DNA of 43,166 nt from an uncultured bacterium. GTDB taxonomy: Bacteria > Lernaellota > Lernaellaia > Lernaellales > Lernaellaceae. The stretch lies in the NCBI GenBank assembly GCA_964534375.1, contig CAZHPN010000023.1:1-43166 (forward strand). The letters are read 5' to 3'. Made by a program: the position numbers and the translations under genes. The notes below the pieces were generated by a model, which saw only the letters and a program-made list of their open reading frames with translations, was not told where the DNA came from and ran no database searches. Below are positions 8,317 through 16,108 of this stretch, in pieces. Positions within the stretch are counted from its first letter, which is position 1. Every line of letters starts with the position of its first letter.

Positions 8317-10739
8317 TTCATGGCCCTCAGCTTTTTCCGCGCGATGCCAGCTTCCTTTGCGTTCGGAAACCGCTGCACCACCGTTTCGTAAAACAGCTTG
8401 GCGGAGGCGAGGTCGCCCTTTTGTTCGAAGGCGACGGCCGTGTCCAAATAGGCCTCCGCGAGATGCGTGGACTGCGGATATTTGTGGATCAGCGTATCGA
8501 ATTCGAGAATGGAATCGGCCCAGTTGCCTTGCTTGAAGAGGCTGTCAGCGAGATAGAACTGCGCTTCGCCGCATTTAGAGCTCGTTTCGCTTGTTTTCAA
8601 GAAATAACGAAATAGGTCTTTGGCACCTTCGAAATTCCCTTGTTCATAGAATGCGCACGCTTGGTCAAAAACGTCTTCAATGTTCAGCCTTTTCCGAGCG
8701 ATCTCGGATTCCTTGCTGAGTGGAAACTGTTGCACGACCTTTTGGAAAAACCCTTTCGCTTCTTTCGGTTGGCCTTTGTCCTGGAACGCAAGGCCGAGGT
8801 CGAGGTAGGCGGTCGCAACGTACGAGGTTTGCGGAAAATCAGCGACCAAGGTGTCGAATGCGAGAATGGCCTCATCCCAATTCTTCTGTTTGAAGAGAAT
8901 TTCGGCCAGATAGAACTGCGCTTTGTCGCGCATCGGGTCCGTTTTGTTTGTCGCTGCCAAGAACTCACGGAATCGGATTTTGGCATCTTCGAAGGTCCCT
9001 CGCTGATACGATGCATACGCTTTGTGAAAAACGTCTTCGTTATGCCTAGCGTTCTCGGCCTTCAGTTCGTGGGCGGCATCATTAGCGAAATTGTGCGCCA
9101 TCACGGCCCAATCCTCCGGCTTGCCGGTGTACATTCTGCCGAGAATCATTATTTTGGTGGACACGTTAAACAGTCGGAATTCGAGGGTCAGTGCGTCTGC
9201 TTCGAACTTGAACCCGCCTTTAATCAGGTATTTGGCGCCGATGTCCGACCAGCTTCTGAAATCAACCTCGTCTTTCTTAAGGCCCGCCGTATGTAGGTTT
9301 TCCACGTACAACGCCCGGTCAATGACGTCCAGTAGCCCGGTCATGCGCATGTCATCGGCGACCTGATCGGAAAGCCTCTGCGTCAGGCCGAGATTGTCCG
9401 GGTCCGTGCCGATATTGAGAAACAGCGGCACGGCGATTGGCTGTCTGTGGTCCATACCCGCCGTGCTGCCCGACCCCGCGGCGGCCGTTGAAGCGGGCGC
9501 GGTCGGCCTTGATGCAACCTTCACCTCCGCGGTCACGGGCGTTACCTGGTGTTCCTTTGCTTCGACCGCGCCCGTCCAGTTCCCCTGCGGCGTTCGCACC
9601 TCGACATTGTGCTGGCCGACCAGAGCCTTGAACGTGCCCGGCGCGGCGCCGACCTTCACGCCGTCCAAATAGATTTCGCCCTCCAGCGCGTTGTCGTGCT
9701 GGTCGCGCGCCGAAATCTTGAATGCGCCCTCGCGCGGGGGCATCGTTACGGAAACCGCTTTCTGCTGGCCTGCCGTCAGATTGAACTTCTCGCCCTGGTC
9801 GTAGTAACGCGGATCGGACACCACGACCTCGTACGGCCCCGGGTCGAGCTCGTGGTTGGTCAGCGGCGTCTTGCCGAGTTCTTTGCCGTTGACCTTCACC
9901 GCGAGTCCGGCCGGGTTGCTGGTGACGCTCAACCAACCGAAGTTAGGCGCCAGCTTCCAGGTCACAGCCAGACCTTTCTGGACGGCGATCGCTTCCTGCC
10001 GCGGCTGATAGCGTTCCTTCTGCATCGAGATCGACGGCGTTCCGCCCGGCGTGAGTTCTCGCGAACACGGCGTGGTCTGGCAGAGCAGCGCGCCGTCCAT
10101 CATCACGACGGCCCCCGCCGGGTCGCTCTCGAAACGCACGACGGTGGTCTCGCCCGCGTCGGCATCCCATGCGGCACCCGGTTGCTGACCGATCTTCCCT
10201 TCGTCGATCGTTCGCCCGCCGCCCGGCGCTTTCACGCCGGCGTGCCGCAGAATCAGTCCCATTACCTCGCCCGCCGCCACAAGAAGCTGAGGCTCCTGCT
10301 TGTTCAACGGGGCCGCGCCGGTGTCGCGGCTGCCGAGGAAGTTGCCGCTGGGAACGTGGTGGACGCTGATCTGTATCCGCAGATCGCCGCCGAACTTGAG
10401 AATCTCGCCGGTGACAATGTATTCCGCCCCAAGTTTGCGACCCATTTCGATCTCGCACTTGGATTCGGTGCATTTCTTGAGGTCCATGCCCGGCGGCAGC
10501 AGCGTTTCGATGTTTTCGCGGGTGAGGATCGTGAATTTGCCTGGGGGCAATAACTCGCTCGCCGCGTTGCGGACTTTGTTCGTCAGGAAGTCCGCCTCGT
10601 CGTCGGTGACGCCGGCCTTGTTGTTCAGTTCCAGCACGGCCACGAGCTTGCCGGTCGCCTGCGCGAAGCCCACCTGATCCGACGCGGCGAACGCCAGCAT
10701 CGCCAAGGCGAGAACAGTGAGAGCACGGATCTTTTTCAT
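8313..10739 (-). CDS. Secreted modular protein: same N-terminal module + PEGA repeats + TolB N-terminal domain + two CpoB/YbgF-like TPR modules
   Basis: Start MKKIRALTVLALAML after a GGAGG SD; EMGRKLGAEYIVTGEI; PEGA-like FESDPAGAVVMMDG, VTSNPAGLAVKVNG, EIYLDGVKVG; TolB_N-like PIAVP...VDFRSWSDIGAKYLIKG...EFRLFNV...AHNFAND; two ~120 aa repeats EDVF...AQFYLA..LFKQ.NW...IL.FDTL...P......IARK.L. Confidence 0.82.
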   Translation of the reverse strand: MKKIRALTVLALAMLAFAASDQVGFAQATGKLVAVLELNNKAGVTDDEADFLTNKVRNAASELLPPGKFTILTRENIETLLPPGMDLKKCTESKCEIEMGRKLGAEYIVTGEILKFGGDLRIQISVHHVPSGNFLGSRDTGAAPLNKQEPQLLVAAGEVMGLILRHAGVKAPGGGRTIDEGKIGQQPGAAWDADAGETTVVRFESDPAGAVVMMDGALLCQTTPCSRELTPGGTPSISMQKERYQPRQEAIAVQKGLAVTWKLAPNFGWLSVTSNPAGLAVKVNGKELGKTPLTNHELDPGPYEVVVSDPRYYDQGEKFNLTAGQQKAVSVTMPPREGAFKISARDQHDNALEGEIYLDGVKVGAAPGTFKALVGQHNVEVRTPQGNWTGAVEAKEHQVTPVTAEVKVASRPTAPASTAAAGSGSTAGMDHRQPIAVPLFLNIGTDPDNLGLTQRLSDQVADDMRMTGLLDVIDRALYVENLHTAGLKKDEVDFRSWSDIGAKYLIKGGFKFEADALTLEFRLFNVSTKIMILGRMYTGKPEDWAVMAHNFANDAAHELKAENARHNEDVFHKAYASYQRGTFEDAKIRFREFLAATNKTDPMRDKAQFYLAEILFKQKNWDEAILAFDTLVADFPQTSYVATAYLDLGLAFQDKGQPKEAKGFFQKVVQQFPLSKESEIARKRLNIEDVFDQACAFYEQGNFEGAKDLFRYFLKTSETSSKCGEAQFYLADSLFKQGNWADSILEFDTLIHKYPQSTHLAEAYLDTAVAFEQKGDLASAKLFYETVVQRFPNAKEAGIARKKLRAMK

Positions 10740-10817
10740 CGCAAAGTTCTTCCTCCACCGACGAGTCAGGTCGGGCGAAAACCAAGTTGTCGAAATCAAA
10801 GGCGATGTTTGCGCGGG

Positions 10818-10846
10818 AGATTACACCGGCCGCGAGGGGCGTTCAA
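10818..10846 (-). promoter_or_regulatory. Candidate sigma70 promoter of the secreted-protein array
   Basis: TTGAAC-N17-TAATCT about 80 nt upstream of ATG 10739. Confidence 0.45.
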
Positions 10847-11132
10847 GAAGCGTTCGCGGCGGCGCCGAGGCAAATGCGACGACGCCGACGAGCGCGGAAG
10901 GGTTGCGGCAGCGCCAGTGCGCAAACAATGTTATCTTGATAGTAGTGGATGGTCGCGAAAGGCGTCGAAGGCCGTTTTGCGCACGGCAAACGCGTGATAT
11001 GGCGCGGGAAAACGGGTCGATTTAAGCAAAATTACCAAACAAAGCCAATTTCCCTGCCGGGCGGACGGGCTCGCCGCTGAGATAAGGAAGCCCCCGCAAC
11101 GGCGAGCGAGACGCGTCCGACCCGGCGTCCAG

Positions 11133-11153
11133 CCACTGACCACTGACCACTGC
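11133..11153 (-). repeat. TCAGTGG/AGTGGTC heptamer array (3 copies), inverted relative to 5833-5860
   Basis: Plus strand ccactga ccactga ccactgc, directly after the TAG-TAA double stop of the SHOCT gene. Confidence 0.75.
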
Positions 11154-11156
11154 TTA

Positions 11157-12248
11157 CTACAGGCTGTTCAGAATCTCCTGCCGCTTCTTGTCGTATTCCT
11201 CTTTGGTGATCAGGCCTTTGTCGAGCAGATCCTGCAATTTCCGAAGGCGCTCTTCGACGTCGCCTTTCTTCTGGTCGGCGGGGGCGACGGCGGGCGCGGC
11301 AATCGCGGGCGGCGCGGACGCGGGCGCCGGTTGCACGGTCGGGCCGCCCGCGGCGGGCATAGGCGCGGAAGCCGGCGTCGGCGGCGAGGGCGCAGCGCCG
11401 ACCGTTGGCGGCGAGGTCGCGGCAGCCGGTGTGGGCGGCGGGGGTGTGGCGCCGGCCGTTGGCGGCGAGGCCGCGGACGCCGGCGCGGGCGTTGCGGGCG
11501 TGGCGCCGGCCGAGGCCGCGGCAGCGGGCGTGGGCGGCGGCGTCGCGGCGGCGGCGGGCTTCGGTTCCTTGGCCAGGGCGGCGAAGAGCTTCGCGGTGTC
11601 GATCGTCACCCAATTGCGGTGCGCGGTCTTCAAATATTTGTCGTCGACGACGATCGGCGGGACCTCGATGCCCTTTTCCGGCGCGGCGGTCAGCCGCTGC
11701 GAATTGAACAGCGTCCGTTCGCGCGGGTCGAGACGGAAGAAGTCTTTCTCCGGCTCGGCGAGTTCGAAATTCAGATTGGCGACGACCAGATTGAACTTGC
11801 CGTCCTTGATGAAGCAGATAGCGTCGCTGAGCCGCTTGGTTTTGAACAGCAGGTCGCGCTTCATGCTCGTGACCGCGAAATAGACCCACTGATCCGGCGT
11901 CGCCCGGCTGAGCGCGTCGGCGAGCCAGGGGGCCAGTTTCTTGCGTTCGTCCTCGATGAAAACCGGACCCTGGTCGCGCCACGCGAAAAACGAATGTTCG
12001 GCGAAGTGAACGGACCCGAGGATGCTGTCGACTTGTTCCGCGGTGAGCGTCGACGGATGTTGATAACCCTGCGGGATGACCTGGCCGCCCTTCTCGACGG
12101 CGTATTGCAGCCACACGTGTTCGGGGTCTTTGCCGTAGAGATCGACGTGCTTGATGTTCGGCCCGCAACCGAGCGCGAGCGCCAGCAACGCCGGCAGGAC
12201 CAACCAACGCGCGGCGCGCGTCAGACCGATTTCGGCGCTGGAGCGCAT
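11157..12248 (-). CDS. Lipoprotein with Pro/Ala-rich repetitive linker and C-terminal SHOCT domain
   Basis: Lipobox LALGC, a globular domain, a TPPPPTPAAATSPPTVGA-like linker, and the end DVEERLRKLQDLLDKGLITKEEYDKKRQEILNSL. Confidence 0.8.
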   Translation of the reverse strand: MRSSAEIGLTRAARWLVLPALLALALGCGPNIKHVDLYGKDPEHVWLQYAVEKGGQVIPQGYQHPSTLTAEQVDSILGSVHFAEHSFFAWRDQGPVFIEDERKKLAPWLADALSRATPDQWVYFAVTSMKRDLLFKTKRLSDAICFIKDGKFNLVVANLNFELAEPEKDFFRLDPRERTLFNSQRLTAAPEKGIEVPPIVVDDKYLKTAHRNWVTIDTAKLFAALAKEPKPAAAATPPPTPAAAASAGATPATPAPASAASPPTAGATPPPPTPAAATSPPTVGAAPSPPTPASAPMPAAGGPTVQPAPASAPPAIAAPAVAPADQKKGDVEERLRKLQDLLDKGLITKEEYDKKRQEILNSL

Positions 12249-12265
12249 GTTTTTTTTCCTCCGGC

Positions 12266-12730
12266 TCAGTTGCGAGGGACGGGCAGGCCGCGGACGCGGT
12301 CGCCGACCCGGACGCCATGTTCGGCGAACCAGCCATGGTTGACTTCCAGGGCGAGGCGCACCGGGGTCTTCGAATTGATGTGCGTTTCGTCGTACGGCGT
12401 CATCGCTTCGATTTGCAGGATCGCGCCGTCGTCGGCCAGGAAGGCGATGTCGAGCGGAATCTTCGTATTCTTCATCCAAAAGGCGAGCGGCAGCGGCTGC
12501 GCATAAACAAAGAGCATGCCGCGATCGGCCGGCAGCGCATCGCGGTGCATCAAGCCTTGCTGCCGCGCCAGATCCGTGTCGACGATTTCCACGCGCAGCA
12601 CGTGGCCGCCGATCGTCAACGGCAGCAGCAGCGGCGTGGCGGCGGCGACGGTCGTAGCCAGCAATGCGGCGACGGCGCCGAAGGCCCACGCCGGGGATTT
12701 TTTCGCAGACGCGGGGCGGATTTCGCGCAC
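12266..12730 (-). CDS. DUF192 family protein
   Basis: VEIVDT...RQQGLMHR..LP.DRGMLFVY....AFWMKNTKIPLDIAF...LEVNHGWF..GVRVGD. The GTG start overlaps the upstream TAG. Confidence 0.9.
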   Translation of the reverse strand: MREIRPASAKKSPAWAFGAVAALLATTVAAATPLLLPLTIGGHVLRVEIVDTDLARQQGLMHRDALPADRGMLFVYAQPLPLAFWMKNTKIPLDIAFLADDGAILQIEAMTPYDETHINSKTPVRLALEVNHGWFAEHGVRVGDRVRGLPVPRN

Positions 12731-13551
12731 TAGCCGGCCGGCAGGTTGGTGAAAGAAACGGCCAGGGCCCCGCCGATGACGCTGCCGACAAAGCACAGCA
12801 GTTGCTTGTTGGGCGACCGTTGAAATTGGGAGAAGATGCCGGCGATGACGCTTTCCACGAAATTGGCCAGCGCCGCCGCCATCACCACAATCACCATCGT
12901 TTTGGCGTTGAGTTCCGGCGTCTCGAGCCCCTGAATCGGAACTTCGACGCCCGCCGTCACGAACAACGCCAACGCCACGGCCGCGAACAGCACGATCGCG
13001 CCGCCGCCGAACAGGCTGCCCTCGCGGCTCACGCCGCCGCGCGAACCGGACCGCACGCGCTCGAAGGTGATGATCTGAAACGTCTTGCGCCCGTACGCCT
13101 TGCCGAACTCCGTGCTCGCCCAATCGCCGAACGGCGTGGCCAACGACGCGAGGAAGAACACGATGGCGACATGTTGCAGGCCGGCGGTCGCGGACAACAC
13201 CAGCGTTCCTGCCGCCGCCAGCGGCAAGAAGCCCGAGAGGAAAATAGCGCCAAAATCCTTCGCGACGTATTTCGGGACCGGCTCGTCGTGTTTCTTCGCG
13301 GACCTGCGCGCCGCATGGCCCGCGATCGCGTCGCGACCCAGAAAGAAGAACGCGAGCAACGCGAATCCCGCCCAACTGAAGGCCACGGCCGTCGGCACAC
13401 CCACCAACAGGGCGGCGACGAATCCACCGCGCGTCAGGTAGCCCGTTCGCCACGCGAGCACGATCGCCGCCAGCGCGATCGACGCCGCGATCGCGGCCAA
13501 GCGCACGTCGCCCAGCAAGTGCAGAAGGTGATGCGGCGCGGTTGCAGTCAT
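12730..13551 (-). CDS. DUF92 (TMEM19-like) membrane protein
   Basis: LTRGGFVAA, GDWASTEFGK, ITFERVRSGSRGGVSREGSLFG, ANFVESVIAG; multiple TM helices. Confidence 0.85.
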   Translation of the reverse strand: MTATAPHHLLHLLGDVRLAAIAASIALAAIVLAWRTGYLTRGGFVAALLVGVPTAVAFSWAGFALLAFFFLGRDAIAGHAARRSAKKHDEPVPKYVAKDFGAIFLSGFLPLAAAGTLVLSATAGLQHVAIVFFLASLATPFGDWASTEFGKAYGRKTFQIITFERVRSGSRGGVSREGSLFGGGAIVLFAAVALALFVTAGVEVPIQGLETPELNAKTMVIVVMAAALANFVESVIAGIFSQFQRSPNKQLLCFVGSVIGGALAVSFTNLPAG

Positions 13552-13576
13552 GGTTCGTCCAGGCGTCCCGGCGGGG

Positions 13577-14254
13577 TTACCGGAATTGTTTTTCGAGTTC
13601 TTCCTTGGTCGGTTCGACGATATAGTCCCGCACTTCCGCGCAGTAGAAACGCGTGCTGATGATCTCGTCGTCGACCGGTCCGGCGGCGGCGGGGTTGCGC
13701 GTAAAACTGACTTTGAGGCCGGTGACCCAGTGGTGGTCGCCGCAGACGTTCAGCATGGTGTCGAGGCCCTCGCCGTACATGTTCGGTCCGCGGCGCTCTT
13801 CATAGGGGCGATAGCGCCGGCAAATCCGCCGCACGCCGGTAATGTCGTGGCGGTCGCTCGTGGAGTACTCCGCGCCGGCGAGCAGATACCCCATCGGGCA
13901 GTAGTCGTTCATCACCGCGCCGACGAAGTTTTCGCCGCCCGGGCCGACGATCTCCGGATTCGCAAAGCCGTTCGGATCGCTGCAGACGAGCGCGAGTCCG
14001 GCCAGGCGTTTGACGCTCTTGTCTTCCTTAAAATTGTAGACTAGGCCGTGCGCCACCAAACCCGGCGGGCAATCGTAGTTGTGTTCGCAATACGTGTCGG
14101 CGGCATCCCGGCAGGCCGGGCCGCTGCGCTCGGTCAGCACCAGATCGGTGCGCTTGACGTAGAGCTTGCCGAGCATCCCGGCCGAGGCTGCCGCGGCGAC
14201 CAGGACAAGCGCGAATATCGCAACAATACATCCACGGACGAACTTCTTGCGCAT
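13577..14254 (-). CDS. Secreted Cys-rich hypothetical protein with three internal repeats (beta-prism-like)
   Basis: Signal peptide MRKKFVRGCIVAIFALVLVAAAASA; repeats CPPGLVAHGL...LAGLALVC, CPMGYLLAGA...ITGVRRIC, CGDHHWVTGL...IISTRFYC. Confidence 0.7.
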   Translation of the reverse strand: MRKKFVRGCIVAIFALVLVAAAASAGMLGKLYVKRTDLVLTERSGPACRDAADTYCEHNYDCPPGLVAHGLVYNFKEDKSVKRLAGLALVCSDPNGFANPEIVGPGGENFVGAVMNDYCPMGYLLAGAEYSTSDRHDITGVRRICRRYRPYEERRGPNMYGEGLDTMLNVCGDHHWVTGLKVSFTRNPAAAGPVDDEIISTRFYCAEVRDYIVEPTKEELEKQFR

Positions 14255-14398
14255 GATCCGAACCTTATGTTGGTGGTTGCCGCACACCACTGCCTGGCGC
14301 GGCACGTTAACAGAGACACTTCGCGGGCGCAAGTGGATAAAGCGTCCGCCGCGGGGACGATTCAGAGTTATTTTCATGTTGACAATTCCGGGCGCGGC

Positions 14399-16108
14399 TT
14401 ACGGCGCCGCCCGGTCGATGTCGGGCGGCAACACGGCGGCCGCGTCGGGTCGGATGTTGCGCGAGACGATCAGGTGGCCGTCGCGGTTGAGCGCGCCGAA
14501 ATAAAAGCGGACGCGGCCGCCCAGGACGCCGCGCAGGGAATCGGGTGCAACGTCGCTCTGGAATTGCGGATATTTTTCCACGAGCACGTCGAACCACGCT
14601 TGCAAATCCGGCGAAGCCGCGAGCCGGGCGCGCGCGGTTTCGGTGTTCGGCAACAGGGCAATCTCGCAGTTCCTTTGAGCGAGGCGGCAGCAGCGGGCGA
14701 AATCGCGCGCCATGTGGGGCGCATCGTCGCCGGCCTCGAGCAACACGCGCACGGGCGTCTGGCGGGCGCGCTGGAACGGCCAGGCGGAGTTTTCCAAGGC
14801 GTAAAACAGGAAGAGGCCGTTTTCGCCCGCCGTGTTGAACTGGCTGAGGCCGAGATGCGAGCCGAGCGGATAGGGCGGGATGCCCATCGCGCGCCACAGC
14901 CACGGCGCCGGGGCCTCGAAATCGAGCGCGGCCATCGTTTGCGGATCTTTCCCGTTCCACGACGACGGCGAGAAATTGCAGCAGGCGAACTGAAACAGGC
15001 CGAAGACGATGGTCGCCGCGACGCCGACGCGACGCAAACGCGCGCCGAGTTCGGCCCGCCGTCCGCCGGCGCCGGTTTCGGCGAACAGCCCCAGGGCGAG
15101 ACAGATCGCGAAAAACGGGACGAACGGCAGCGTCAGGCGATAGTGCTTGATCGGCGAGGCGGCGAAGAAAAGAAACGGCGCCGCGCCGGACGCCGCTGCT
15201 CCCGTGAGCAGCGCCGCGTACCGGCGGCGCAGGGCGGGCGTCGCGAGCAGCCGCGCGAGACCGGCGCCGGCCAGCGCCGCATCGACCCAGCCGAGTTGCC
15301 AGTTCCACAGCCACGACAAAGTCAGCCAGGGTTTGAACAGGCGCACGTCGGTCGGCATGTTCTCCGAGCCCGCCGTGTTCTCGATCAGGCTTTTCCAAAA
15401 ATTGGGAATGTACCAGGGCAAGGCCAGCGCCGCCGCCGCCGCCGCCGCGAGCCCGACGCCGGCGAGCGCCCGCCGCCGCCCGAGGCGGGGCGTCACCGCG
15501 CGGGCGGCGACCAGCAGTGCGGGGCCGGCGATGAACAGCGCGAACGGCTGTTTGGTCAGCATCCCCAGGCCGCAGACGACGCCGAACAGCAGGCTCGTCG
15601 AGGGCCGCCGAAATAGCTCGGTGCGCGCGAGCAGCGCCAGCGCCGCCCAAAATACCGCGGCGAGCGGCAGATCGAGCATCAGCGTCTGCCCAAACGCCAT
15701 CATTGCGGGCGACGTCGCCACGACGAAGGCCGCGAGCCACGGCGTCGCCGGCGGTTCCTCCGGACAGGCGCGGGCGACCACCGCCGCGACGCTGAACGCC
15801 AGCAGCGCGTAAAACAGCACGACGATCAGAATCGCCTGGCGCGGATCGGGATTCGGCCGCCCGATCAACAACCCGAGCGCCGCGAGCTTGCCGACGAGCG
15901 GCGGCCGGAAGCTGTCGCTGATGTTGAGAATCTCGCGGACGTTGAACGCCGCGAGCGCCTGCGCGAAGCCGTTCGCCAAGCGGTAATAGCCGAGCGAATC
16001 CTGCGTCAGCGGCGAGCGATCCAGCAGCACGTGCACCGCCAGCAGCAGCGTCAACACCACGATCGCCGCGACGCCGAAAACGGCCGGCGAGGGCAGGCGA
16101 ACCCTCAT
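14399..16108 (-). CDS. ArnT/GT39-like membrane glycosyltransferase (paralog 2)
   Basis: DRSPLTQDSLGYY, FRPPL, VVATSP, MLDLPLAA, GLGMLTKQPF, HYRLTLP. ATGA-coupled to the upstream paralog. Confidence 0.8.
   Translation of the reverse strand: MRVRLPSPAVFGVAAIVVLTLLLAVHVLLDRSPLTQDSLGYYRLANGFAQALAAFNVREILNISDSFRPPLVGKLAALGLLIGRPNPDPRQAILIVVLFYALLAFSVAAVVARACPEEPPATPWLAAFVVATSPAMMAFGQTLMLDLPLAAVFWAALALLARTELFRRPSTSLLFGVVCGLGMLTKQPFALFIAGPALLVAARAVTPRLGRRRALAGVGLAAAAAAALALPWYIPNFWKSLIENTAGSENMPTDVRLFKPWLTLSWLWNWQLGWVDAALAGAGLARLLATPALRRRYAALLTGAAASGAAPFLFFAASPIKHYRLTLPFVPFFAICLALGLFAETGAGGRRAELGARLRRVGVAATIVFGLFQFACCNFSPSSWNGKDPQTMAALDFEAPAPWLWRAMGIPPYPLGSHLGLSQFNTAGENGLFLFYALENSAWPFQRARQTPVRVLLEAGDDAPHMARDFARCCRLAQRNCEIALLPNTETARARLAASPDLQAWFDVLVEKYPQFQSDVAPDSLRGVLGGRVRFYFGALNRDGHLIVSRNIRPDAAAVLPPDIDRAAP

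Noticed and set aside
11056..11126. SRP (4.5S) RNA
   Set aside because: The conserved helix-8 CAGG...GNRA...AGCAG arrangement is absent.
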